From Octopus vulgaris (taxonomy: Eukaryota), in NCBI GenBank assembly GCA_951406725.2, contig OX597824.1, positions 87,792,001-87,856,000 of the forward strand: 64,000 nt of DNA. Reading direction: 5' to 3'. A model generated the notes under the pieces. That model saw only the letters and a program-made list of their open reading frames with translations, was not told the DNA's origin and made no database searches. This document shows positions 1 to 11,463 of this stretch, piece by piece. The number at the start of each line of letters is the position of its first letter. The stretch's first letter is position 1. A program made the position numbers and the translations under genes.

Positions 1-9
1 ACATTATTA

Positions 10-221
10 ATACAAATAATAAGAGAGAGTCCACCATGTGATCACTCTAACGCTAGATATAGATCCGCAGGGAATCCGCCACTAAAGAATTGTTCTCAAG
101 AATTAATTCTCGGTGCGTTGAATTAATTCTTGAGAACAATTCTTTAGTGGCGGATTCCCTTTGCGGATCTATATCTAGCGTTAGAGTGACCACATTGTGG
201 ACTCTCTCTTATTATTTGTAT
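10..221. repeat. Long inverted repeat (arms ~10-109 and ~120-221, 10-nt loop)
   Basis: Arms are reverse complements apart from two mismatches and a 2-nt indel, read directly. Confidence 0.9.
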
Positions 222-360
222 ATATATATATATATATATATAATAGTATTATTAAGTTTGAAAATGGAGAGATCCAATGGATACAATTTAATTTATTAAT
301 TAGTTAACATCTTCACCTACAATTGTTTCCTTTTGCATCCAATTTAAACTACAAAGCGTA

Positions 361-735
361 TCATCATCGTCATCATCATTTAACGTCCGTTTTTCACGCT
401 AGCATGGGTTGGACAGTTCGACCGAGGTCTGGAAGCCATGGAGGCTGCACCAGGCTCTAGTCTGATTTGGAAGTGTTTCTACAGCTGGATGCCCTTCCTA
501 ACGCCAACCCCTCCATGAGTGTAGTGGGTGCTTTTTACGTGCCACCGGCACATGGGCCAGAGGAGACTGGCAAACGGCCATAATCGGTTGGTGCTTTTAC
601 GTGTCACTAACACGGACGCCAGCCAGGCGGTGCTGGCATCTGCCACGTTCGGGCGGTGCTTTTTACGTGTCACCGGCACAGGTGTCTTAACTACAATTTC
701 CATTTGATTTTTATTTTGATGTTGAATCCTGCATT
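361..735 (-). mobile_element. Family B: 5'-truncated retroposon ending in (GAT)n, probably an RTE-LINE 3' UTR; more than 20 copies in the window
   Basis: Shared core TGGTTGGCGTTAGGAAGGGCATCCAGCTGTAG and tail AAAACGGACGTTAAACGATGATG. Other copies at about 1394-1601, 10322-10850, 13120-13603, 20815-21330, 26718-27183, 30782-31079, 31808-32121, 34075-34600, 41733-41965, 48502-49170, 52405-52832, 54892-55480, 56655-57224, 57912-58150, 59826-60290. Confidence 0.8.
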
Positions 736-1932
736 TCAAAATACCTTGGGTGGAAAATCATGAGGGCATAAAAAGGGACAATACAAGGATTACATTATGA
801 ATTATTGGAAAACTTCAGTATACTAAGAATTATATAAGCATGTTATATACACACATGTTTTGGGTCATATTTTAGAGGAAAATAAGGTGTTCCAACGATC
901 GTTTTAGGAGTACATTTGTGCAGATCACATATGATTCTTAAAATTCATTTCCATAGAATGCCACCCCCATCATCAGGGAAAGATAGTGTTTATGCAAGGA
1001 GGTGTTGAAAAGTTACTGGCTTTGGGTAATACAGGAGGATTAGTTAATTAGGATTATATTCAACATAGATGCAGTAAAATAAAATTCTGTACTTTGAGAA
1101 TCGATAATCCATTTTTTTTTTGATAGAGTAGAAACGTTCTTTCTTCAAGTGACAATTAATTGATTAACACAAATTAGCACAAGTTCTCTTGATTCTAATT
1201 AACAAGGTTGCTATCTGCCCTAGTTTGCACAGTGTTTGCAACTTCATGTCTAATTATTGACATCCGTCCAAATTTATTAACATCTCATCAACACAATATA
1301 ACAATGCCATTCTGAAAGTAACTCTCCACCATTGGTAGTAAATAAAAACAAAACACCAAACAACCAAAATAGTTGGATCAGTACACCCTGGGTATCATCA
1401 TCATCATCATCATCATCACCACCATCACCATCACCACCATCACCACCATCACCATCACCATCACCACCATCATCATCATCATCATCATCATCGTTTAACG
1501 TCCGCTTTCCATGTTGGCATGGGTTGAACGATTTGACTGAGGACTGGCGAACCAGATGGCTGCACCAATCTTGATCTGGCAGAGTTTCTACAGCTGGATG
1601 CCCCAGGACTTATTCTTTGTAAGCCTAGTACTTATTCTATCGTTCTCTTTTGCCGAACCGCTAAGTTACAGGGACGTAAACACACCAGCATTGGTTGTCA
1701 AGCAATGTTGGGGGGGACAAACACAGACACACAAACACACACACATATATATATATATACATATATACGACAGTCTTCTTTCAGTTTCCATCTACCAAAT
1801 TCACTCACAAGGCTTTGGTCAGCCCAAGGCTATAGTAGAAGACCCTTGCCCAAGGTGCCACACAGTGGGACTGAACCCAGAATCATGTGGTTGGTAAGCA
1901 GGCTACTTACCACACAGCCACTCCTGCACCTG

Positions 1933-2357
1933 TTACTTGTTTCAGTCATTTGACTGTGGCCATGCTGGAGCACAGCCTTGGAGAGTTTTAGTCAAACAAA
2001 TCGACACCAGGACTTATTTTTTTAAGCTCAGTACTTATTCTATAGGTCTCTTTTGCTGAACTGCTAAGTTACAGGGACCTAAACACACTAACACACAGTT
2101 GTCAATCAGTGATGGAGGGGGTGATAAACACAGACACACAGACACACACACACATACACGCACACACACATACACACACACACACACACACATATACGAC
2201 AGGCTTCTTTCAGTTTCCATCTACCAATCCACTCCCAAGGCTTTGGTCGGCCTGAGGTTATAACAGAAGACATTTTCCCAAGGTGCCATGCTGTGGGACT
2301 GAACCCAGAATCCCGTGGTTGGTAAGCAAGCTTCTTACCACACAGCCACACCTGCAT
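1933..2357 (-). mobile_element. Family A tRNA-derived SINE (~400 bp, internal TA/TG microsatellite)
   Basis: tRNA-like head with A-box TGGCTGTGTGG and B-box GGTTCAGTCCC; 3' end ...TGACTGAAACAAGTAA. Confidence 0.8.
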
Positions 2358-2612
2358 CTATTTAATACAATATTTTTTTTTATATTTTAAGAGTGAGTTC
2401 CGTTGCACCAGTCTACGAAGACTGTTTGATAATCTGTTGTTACCCAGGTACCAAGGGGTATCAGATTACTGGAACTGCACTATTTTACTGTTAATTACAA
2501 GCAACAAGTCTGTGCGTTATCAAAGTGTAATTATCCGCTAATTATTGCGTTAACAACTGGTATCTCTGATAAAGTGTACAACCAATTAATTTCTGTAATG
2601 ATCGGAAGACCT

Positions 2613-2716
2613 ACACACACACACACACACAAACACACACAAACACACACACACACACACACACACAAACAGACATGCACATACACACACAAACACACAC
2701 ACAAACACACACACAT

Positions 2717-2775
<59 letters not shown>

Positions 2776-2823
2776 TGCACATACACACACATACACACAA
2801 ACACACACACACACAAACACACA

Positions 2824-2860
<37 letters not shown>

Positions 2861-2877
2861 ACATGCACATACACACA

Positions 2878-2923
<46 letters not shown>

Positions 2924-2954
2924 CACACATACACACAAACACACACACAAACAA

Positions 2955-2985
<31 letters not shown>

Positions 2986-3198
2986 TGCACATACACACAC
3001 ACATAGACACACACACACACAGACACACATACACACACACAAACACAGACACAGACATACACACACATAGACACACACAAACACATACACACAAACACAC
3101 ACATACACACAAACACACACACACATACACACACAAAACACACACACACACAAACACACACAAACATACACACACACGCGCGCACGCACATACACACA
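2613..3198. repeat. Compound (CA)n microsatellite
   Basis: Direct reading; source of the HT/CV-repeat ORFs. Confidence 0.97.
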
Positions 3199-3344
3199 GT
3201 AATGGGAAGTTTTGATGTAATTTCTTTTTCTTATTAATTCCATCAACTTCTCTATTTTGATGGACATCTTTTGATAGAGGACCCTTAAAAGAGAAACAGC
3301 TGTTATTTTTATTTATTTGTTTGTTTGTTTATGCTTAATTTTTG

Positions 3345-3362
3345 AGAGAGAGAGTGAGAGAA

Positions 3363-3417
<55 letters not shown>

Positions 3418-3440
3418 CGGACAGACAGAGACAGAGAGAT
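3345..3440. repeat. (GA)n microsatellite
   Basis: Direct reading. Confidence 0.95.
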
Positions 3441-3783
3441 GGGGAGACAGGTTTGTAGTCTTAGCAGAAAAATAACAAAAAAAGTCCTATTAGCAATCCG
3501 TCAGTTACAACGACAAGAGTTCTGGTTGATCTGATCAATGGAACAGTCCGTTCATGGAATTTTCATACAAGTGACTTAGCCCTCCTCAGACACGCAAATC
3601 CTTAATCCTTTATCATTTAATCTGGCCATATCCTGCCCAAATATTCTACCTGTTTTATGTTAAAGATGACAAGATCCAACTTCTCGCACCTACCCTACAA
3701 TGTCGTTCTAAAAATACACAAACAAGCCTTTGAAATCTTGAAGCTACAAGATGTTGCATGATTAATTCTAAACAATGTGAATA

Positions 3784-4178
3784 GGTGCAGGCATGGCTGT
3801 GTGGCAAGAAACTTGCTTCTCAACCACATGGTTCCAGGTTCAGTCCCACTGCGTGGCACCTTGGGCAAGTGTCTTCTACTATATAGCATCGGGCCAACCA
3901 AAGCCTTGCGAGTGGATTTAGTAGATGGAAACTGAAAGAAGCCCGTTGTATATATGTATATATATATATATATATATGTGTGTGTCTGTGTTTGTCCCCC
4001 CCAACATCGCTTGACAACCGATGATGGTGTGTTTATGTCCAGTAACTTAGCAGTTCGGCAAAAGAGACCAATAGAATAAGTACTAGGCTTACAAAGAATA
4101 AGTCTTGGGGTTGATTTGCTTGACTAAAGTGGTGCTCCAGCATGGCCACAGTCAAATGACTGAAACAAGTAAAAGAGT
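3784..4178 (+). mobile_element. Family A tRNA-derived SINE, full length
   Basis: Same head and tail. Other near-full copies at 8241-8637, 38507-38903, 41156-41556, 45775-46161, 46960-47356, 51703-52095, 61814-62214 (+) and 55805-56222, 29990-30333 (-). Confidence 0.85.
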
Positions 4179-4255
4179 ATATGAATGCTAAAAATATACA
4201 TGGACATATAGAAATATACACAGACATGCAGGAAGTAAACAGACATGCTTAATTT

Positions 4256-4636
4256 TCAAAATCTTTTATTTGATATTAATTGGTTGAAGGGGAGGTTTTC
4301 TTCTAGCTGCTTGTCCATAATACCCAGATATGTAACATGCGTTCTTGGACTAACTTCTAGCTGTTTTGCAATGTCAGAAGCCTTTGAATGGGATTCGTTT
4401 TCCACAATTCTCTTCAAACAGCAAAGCTTCCTTTCCAAGGGCCCAGGTCGGCTGGGATGAGAATCTGTTGATTTATTTCCTTGGTTTTTGAATTGCACTA
4501 TAATTCTATTTACAGTAGCAAGAGGAATTTGAAGATTTTCGGCAAATTTTCTCTGGCAAAGACCAGCCTCAGATTGCCCAACAATACGCCCTCTTTAAAA
4601 ACCTGACAGTTCTGCTGAATTTTTTGTGCGTGGCAT
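4256..4636 (-). pseudogene. Degenerate Tc1-family transposase N-terminus (paired-like HTH)
   Basis: [24 protein letters not shown]…[14 protein letters not shown]…SRPGP…; resembles the Tc1 ELSxFERGRIVG and GRP motifs. In-frame stop at 4595-4597; no DDE domain seen. Confidence 0.8.
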
Positions 4637-4939
4637 GGTTACTCTTCGCAAATGTTTAATAAAATGGCACCTGGAATGAAAAAGAATAATTACATTATAT
4701 ATTCTACACTGGTGAAAACATATTAAGACGCTTAGATCAGAAATTTTGAAAATTAAAATTGTCTGTGTAGATATGTAAACATAACATGGATAAAAGTAAT
4801 GAAATATAGAAAAAAGAAGTTTTTTAAACATTCAAAATTCAATATAGCGAAAGTAATAAGCATTAAAAAGAGTTTTGGGTAATATTTTAGAGGAAAAGGT
4901 GTTCCAACGATCGTTTTAGGAGTATATTTGTGCAGATCA

Positions 4940-5785
4940 CATGGAAGTTTTGAAGGATGCAGTGCTCTGACAACTAACAATTGATGCTGGCAGTTTGTTC
5001 CATGCTTCAGCAACTCTTAGCGTGAAAACATGTTTCCGAAAGTCATGGGAGCTGTGCTGTTTTCTGACTTTGTAAATATGCCCACGGATGTTAGACAGGT
5101 GGAGTTTGATAAGGTGCTCAGAGTTATTGTTTGTAAGATGGTTAATGATTTTATGGGTGTCTGCCAAGTCAGCTGCCAGACGTCGGAGTTTCAATGTATC
5201 CATGCCCAGGGAAGTAAGGCGTTCAGAATATGGCAAATGCCTGATGGAGGGTATTCTCTTGGTTGCACTTCGCTGAACGGTTTCCAGACGATTAATATCC
5301 TGGGCAAGATAGGGGTTCCAGACTGTTGATGCAAATTCCATGTGAGGCCACGCCATAACTATTGTTCCTTCTCGAGCCACGCCAGGCTCATAAGGGCCGG
5401 TTTCCCAGTTTCCTTGGCGTATAGGTTCCCCACCTGGACGGGATGCCGGTCCGTTGCAGCTGAGCTGCAAGATGCAGGAGGAAAGAGTGAGAGAAAGTTG
5501 TGGTGAAAGAGTCATCAGAAGTTCGCCATTACCTTCTGCTGGAGCCACATGGAGCTTAGGTGTTTTGCTCATAAGCACACACATCGCCTGGTCTGAGATT
5601 TGAACCCACGATCTCTCGACCATGAGTCCACTGCTCTAACCACTAGGCCACGTGCCTCCACAACCATAGCTATATAAAGCCTCAGATAGATAGCAGGGGA
5701 GCGACTCACAAAGGACTTGGTAAGTGATGCCAAGACACCCTCAGCCTTCTTGGCAATTTTAGCAATGTGCTTTGTATCAATGTCA
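4940..5785 (-). mobile_element. CR1-group LINE fragment (C-terminal part of the RT ORF), split by a SINE
   Basis: PHMEFASTVWNP…ETVQRSATK…LPYSERL…RGH.YKV…RVAEAWNKLP…SFK is the typical CR1/L2 ORF2 tail. Confidence 0.88.
5363..5663 (-). mobile_element. tRNA-derived SINE inserted in the CR1 fragment
   Basis: A-box TGGCCTAGTGG, B-box GGTTCAAATC; flanked by ccataactat (5353-5362) and ccatagctat (5664-5673). Confidence 0.85.
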
Positions 5786-6499
5786 ACGGAATGAAAGGCT
5801 AAAGGCGAATTTGCCTTTCATCCTTTCAGGGTCGATAAATTAAGTACCAGTTACGCACTGGGGTCGATGTAATCGACTTAATCCATTTGTCTGTCCTTGT
5901 TTGTCCTCTCTGTGTTTATCCCCTTGTGGGCAATAAAGAAATAAGAATGAAAGGCAAAGTGGACCACAACAGAATTAGAACTCAGAACATAAAGACAAAT
6001 GAAATGCTACTAAGCATTTTGTCTGACATGCTAAGGATTTTGTTTACTCACCACTTTCATATAAAACAAATATTAATAGCAAAAATAAACCTTTACATTC
6101 ATGGAAACTTATTCTGATACAAAAATTACAGGAATGTTACTTTTATATATATATATATATTCTTATTTTTTCCATATTCCCCCACATATGAACACAACAA
6201 AAGGTTCAATAGACTGCTTAAATAATGAAAGCAAAGGATAGAAAAAAAAAGAGAAACCCCTAGATATAGCCCAATCTAACATCCAGCACATTTGTTTATC
6301 TCCAGCCTCTCAGCAATGCCTATATTTTGCGGATACAGCAAAATCTTGCGTTGGAGTGAAGTATTCAAGATAGTGTTTTGCATAATATGTACACAACGTC
6401 CTTATCAATGCTTACCCCTCGGCTAAAATCCTGCACACAAACACAGCAACAACAAAGAGCATTGTTAGTATCTATCTATATCTATACATCTATATACGC

Positions 6500-6770
<271 letters not shown>

Positions 6771-7115
6771 TGTACTAACATTAGTGAATTTAATTATCTT
6801 ACAGCTACACCCACTCCACTTATGCACAAATCTTTAAATGCTCTCAATTTGGAGCTTCAAACAACAAGAGATATTGTGTATATGTGTATATATGTTATGT
6901 GTGTGTGTATGTGTATGTATACACACGCGTGCACATGTGCACACACACATGTATACATAAATACATGTATTTATGTATGTATATGTGTATATATAGTATG
7001 CATATACATGTATGCATATATATATATATATATATACACACATACATATATCCATACATACATATGTATGTATGTATATGTATGTATGTATTTATGTATG
7101 TGTGTATGGATTTAC

Positions 7116-7152
<37 letters not shown>

Positions 7153-7269
7153 TACACATATAGATACATATACACACACATACATGCATAAATATACATA
7201 TATATATCATACAAAAAGCACACAGCTATATATTCTGCAAATTTAAATATATATATATATATACATACA

Positions 7270-7312
<43 letters not shown>

Positions 7313-7414
7313 GTACATGAGTGAGTGTATTTGTCTGTAGATAATTTTGTTATTCTTAAACAAGTCAAAGCTATGAAATAGACGTATGTTAACTGACAAA
7401 GACAAATAAGCTGA

Positions 7415-7469
7415 AAGAAGAAGAAGAAGAAGAAGAAGAAGAAGAAGAAGAAGAAGAAGAAGAAGAAGA
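7415..7469. repeat. (GAA)n trinucleotide repeat
   Basis: Direct reading. Confidence 0.97.
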
Positions 7470-8693
7470 TAAACTTCATCCAACAAGAATATGTATTATC
7501 TTGGGAGCAGCTTCTGTGAAAAGAACAACAAAGCCGTGATGAGCGAATTGGACATTTCTAATAAAATTGGTTGTATGTTATCATTTACTGTTTACTCCAA
7601 AAGGGTGGTGCCTTTGGCGTTATTTGTAGGAAGCCAATTTAAACATATTTAGTTTTGTGCCTTTTTTTTTTTTTGTCCTGAGTTCAAATGAACCCAAGAT
7701 CAAAATTTACTTTTCTGGTCATCCTTGACCCCTCATCCAACATCCCTTACAAAATCCACCCTTCAAACCTACCCAGTCTTTAAAACAGTTGTTACCTGAC
7801 ACCCGTCTCCTCTTCCATTCTTTCATCTCCTTTCCCTGCTCCTCATGCACTCTTGTAACCCCCCCACCACCTACTTCTATTCATCTTGTATCTTAATCCT
7901 TAAGCATTTAAACTGGCGGTGCCCCAGCATGGCCACAGCTCGTGAGCTGAAACTAGATAAAATTTAAAAAAAATTTTTTTAATGTCCAGCCAAAATAACT
8001 TACCTGTTTTATCTTCAAACTAGCCAGATCTAGCCTTTCACACTTACCTCTCGGCTTCTTAACCAGTTTTGGTGTGTTATGTCCCGGTAACTTAGTTGTT
8101 AAAAAAAAAAGTGACCCTTAGAATAAGGACCAGGCTTACAAACAAAAATAAATACAGGGGTCGATTTGTTTAAGTAAAATTCTTCCAGGCAGTGCCCCAG
8201 CATGGCCACAGTCTCGTAACTGAAACAAGTAAAAGATAAAAGGAGTGGCTGTGTGGTAAGTAGCTTGCTTACCAACCACATGGTTCCTGGTTCAGTCCCA
8301 CTGCACGGCACCTTGGGCAAGTGTCTTCTACTATAGCCTTGGGCCAACCAAAGCCTTGTGAGTGGATTTGGTTAATGGAAACTGAGAGAAGCCCATCGTA
8401 TATATGTATATATATATATGTATGTGTCTTTGTGTCTGTGTTTGTCCCTCCCACCATCACTTGACAACCGATGTTGGTGTGTTTACGCCCCTGTAACTTA
8501 ACAGTTTGACAAAAGAAGCTGATAGAATAAGTACTAGGTTTACAAAGAATAAATCCTGGGGTCGAATTGTTCGACAAAAGGTGGTGCTCCAGCATGGCCA
8601 CAGTCAAATGACTGAAACATGTAAAAGAATAAAAGAATATATGTATATATATATATACATATATTTTTTTTTCTCTCCTTGTTTTCTGTGTCC

Positions 8694-8729
8694 CTTTCTG
8701 TAGAAGAGCCTAGGTTCGAAACGTAAAAG
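8694..8729 (+). ncRNA. Minimal type-I hammerhead ribozyme-like motif, copy 1
   Basis: CTTT|CTGTAGA|A|GAGC-CTAG-GTTC|GAAA|CG|TA^|AAAG. Confidence 0.55.
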
Positions 8730-8820
8730 CCTATTTCTATCCTTGAGCCTTATACTAATATATCTGTTTGTTTTGTACTCCACCTGTTTTCTTCTTTTGT
8801 TGATTTTTTTCGTAAACTCT

Positions 8821-8866
<46 letters not shown>

Positions 8867-8893
8867 TTTTCTCTCTTTGTTTTTTCTGTGTCC

Positions 8894-8929
8894 CTTTCTG
8901 TAGAAGAGCGTAGGCTCGAAACGTAAAAG
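8894..8929 (+). ncRNA. Minimal type-I hammerhead ribozyme-like motif, copy 2
   Basis: CTTT|CTGTAGA|A|GAGC-GTAG-GCTC|GAAA|CG|TA^|AAAG. Confidence 0.6.
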
Positions 8930-9111
8930 ACTTTTTCTATTCCTGAGCGTTATACTAATACATCTGTTCGTTTTGTACACCACCTATCTTTGTCTTTTGT
9001 TGATTTTTTCGTAAACTCTCCCTATATGTATATATAGTCCGAAGTCAAGACGCCATGATAGATCGTTAGCTCCTACACGCATTTTTTTCTCTCCTTGTTT
9101 TTTTCTGTGTA

Positions 9112-9149
9112 TCTTTCTGTCGAAGAGCGTAGGCTCGAAACGTAAAAGA
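9112..9149 (+). ncRNA. Minimal type-I hammerhead ribozyme-like motif, copy 3
   Basis: TCTTT|CTGTCGA|A|GAGC-GTAG-GCTC|GAAA|CG|TA^|AAAGA. Confidence 0.62.
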
Positions 9150-9231
9150 CTTTTTCTATTCCTGAGCGCTACACTAATACATTTGTTTGTACTCCACCTG
9201 CGTTCGTCTTTTGTTTATTTTCATAAACTCT

Positions 9232-9280
<49 letters not shown>

Positions 9281-11114
9281 ACACGCATGTTATACAGCTC
9301 ACTAACATCATACAATGAAGGAAAAAAGACTAAATCCAGTAGACTGCAAACATATATCTTCACATTTTCCCTCACTTTAAAAATCGACTACCATTAAAGT
9401 TTGTACAACAATATACACTCTGAATTTCATCTCGAACATTTTACAATTCCATTAATGCATTAAGGTAGAGAAGGGCTTTGCCTTTGTTCTGTCTATGAAA
9501 AAAAAAAAAAATAATAAATAAAAAGAAAATCTCTACTTTTTTTTTTCCATGTTAAAACGGTTGTTTATTTCTATATTTTTTCATTTTTATTTCCACATTA
9601 TTTTTACTTCATTTATTTTTTCCCTCATAAACAAACACACCAATAACTGCAAAATAACAATACAGAAATTTCTATTCTGAATATTAAAATCCTATAAATA
9701 CTGCTGTAGTAGTGATGATGCTCTTACTGACTTTAGACTAACATGCTCATTATTTTCTATAACTAAACTCTTGTCTTTCACATATTTCATTGATTCCGAA
9801 AGGGAGAAAAGCAGTTCTCTGTACTCTGTGTTCAGATGCATGCATTATATCTATAACACTTTTGCTTTGTACTTTTTTTTTCATTTTCATTTTATTTTAT
9901 TAAAATTTTTTTTTATAAACATTGGTACAGGTATGGCTGTGTGGTAAGTGTTTTCTTTCTCAACCACATGGTCCCAGGTTCAGTCCCACAGCATGGAACT
10001 TTGGTCAGCCCAAGGCTATAGTAGTAACACTTGTCCAAAGTTCCATGCAGTGGGACTGAACCTGGAACCATGTGGTTGAGAAAGAAAATGCTTACCTATT
10101 TCTTTACTACTCACAAGGGGCTAACAAAGAAATAGGTATTTTCTTTCTCAGCCACATGGTTCCAGGTTCAGTCCAACTGCATGGAACTTTGGATAAGTGT
10201 TACTACTATAGCCTTGGGCTGACCAAGGCCTTGTGAGTGGATTTGGTAGATAGAAATTGAAAGAAGCCGGTTGTGCATGTGTGTGAGAGAGTTTGTATAC
10301 ACACACACACACACACACATACATCATCATCATCATTTAACGTCCGTTTTCCATTCTAGCATGGGTTGGACAGTTTGACCAGAGTCTGGGTAGGCCAGGA
10401 GGCTGCACCAGGCTCCAATCTGATCTGGCAGTGTTTCTACAGCTGGATGCCCTTCCTAACGCCAACCACTCCGAGAGTGTAGTGGGTGCTTTTACGTGCC
10501 ACCGGCACGAGGGCCAGTTTGGTGGTACTGGCAATGGCCATGCCCAAATGGTGCTTTTTATGTGCCACCTGCACAGGAGCCAGTCCAGTGGCACTGGTGA
10601 CGAACTTGCTCGAATGCTTCACGTGCCACCAGCACAAGTGCTAGTAAGGCGACGCGGTAACGATCACGCTCGAATGGTGTGCTTAACGTGCCACCGGCAC
10701 GAAGGCCAGCTTGTTGCTCTGGCAACGATCTCACTGGCATGGTACTGTTAGTGCTCCACTAGCAACGGATGCCAGTCACCGAGTTTGATTTCGACTTCAA
10801 TTTCACTTGGCTCAACTGGTCTTCGCAAGCAGACTTTAGTGTCCAATGAATTTATTAATTATAAATCTCTCCAATGTATTATGGGTGTAACAATGTGTGG
10901 AAACAATTGTAGTGATATGAAATAAAGAATGCCATTCTATCCATTGTTCTCTCACTCATCACTTTACATAAATTCTGTGGATACTATAGAATTCCAGATG
11001 TATGTCTAATGTCAGGAGTATTCCCTTTGTATGATAACACATTTGGTAGCCAATAGCTGTGGATGAGCTTTGCATGGCATGCCACAAGGTTTTTACCGAA
11101 ATTTTATTCAACTA

Positions 11115-11463
11115 TGTGTGTGTGTGTGTGTGTGGTGTGTAGTGTATGTGTGTGTGTAATGTGTAGTGTATGCGTGTAGTGTGTGTGTGTGTAGTGCATT
11201 GTGTGTGTGTAGTGTGTTGTGTGTAGTGTGTGTGTAACATGTGTGTGCGTAGTGTGTGTGTAGTGTGGTGTGTGTGTAGTGCGGTGTGTGTAGTGTGTGT
11301 GTAATATGTGTGCGTAGTGTGTGTGTGTGGTGTGTGTGTGGTATGTGTGTGTAGTGTGTGTGTGTAATGTGTGTGTATGTATGCGTGTGTGTGTAGTGTG
11401 TGTGTTTAGTGTGTGTGGTGTGTATGTGTGTGTGTGTGTGTGAGTGTGTGGTGTGTGTGTATG
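11115..11463. repeat. Degenerate (GT)n/(GTGTA)n microsatellite
   Basis: Direct reading. Confidence 0.95.

Larger units (their letters stand above)
8660..9240 (+). mobile_element. Three tandem ~200-220 bp Penelope-like terminal-repeat / retrozyme-like units separated by (TA)n
   Basis: Each unit reads ttctctccttg…CTTTCTGYNGAAGAGC(N4)GYTCGAAACGTAAAAG…cgtaaactctccc(TA)n. Related copies at ~15655-15795 (+) and ~13770-13920 (-). Confidence 0.75.

Noticed and set aside
2531-3267. Long HT/CV-repeat ORFs (also IY-, RE- and LS-repeat ORFs at 6378-7274, 11108-11482 and 27903-28440)
   Set aside because: Stop-free translations of microsatellites.
3784-3860. tRNA genes (here and at other A/B-box sites)
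   Set aside because: All are SINE heads continuing into SINE bodies; no complete cloverleaf with acceptor stem was seen.
4937-5623. Intact 228-aa gene
   Set aside because: Chance fusion of a SINE reading frame to a CR1 ORF2 tail.
10485-10760. CRISPR-like repeat-spacer array
   Set aside because: The spacers are homologous to each other, the array lies within a dispersed eukaryotic retroposon, and there are no cas genes.
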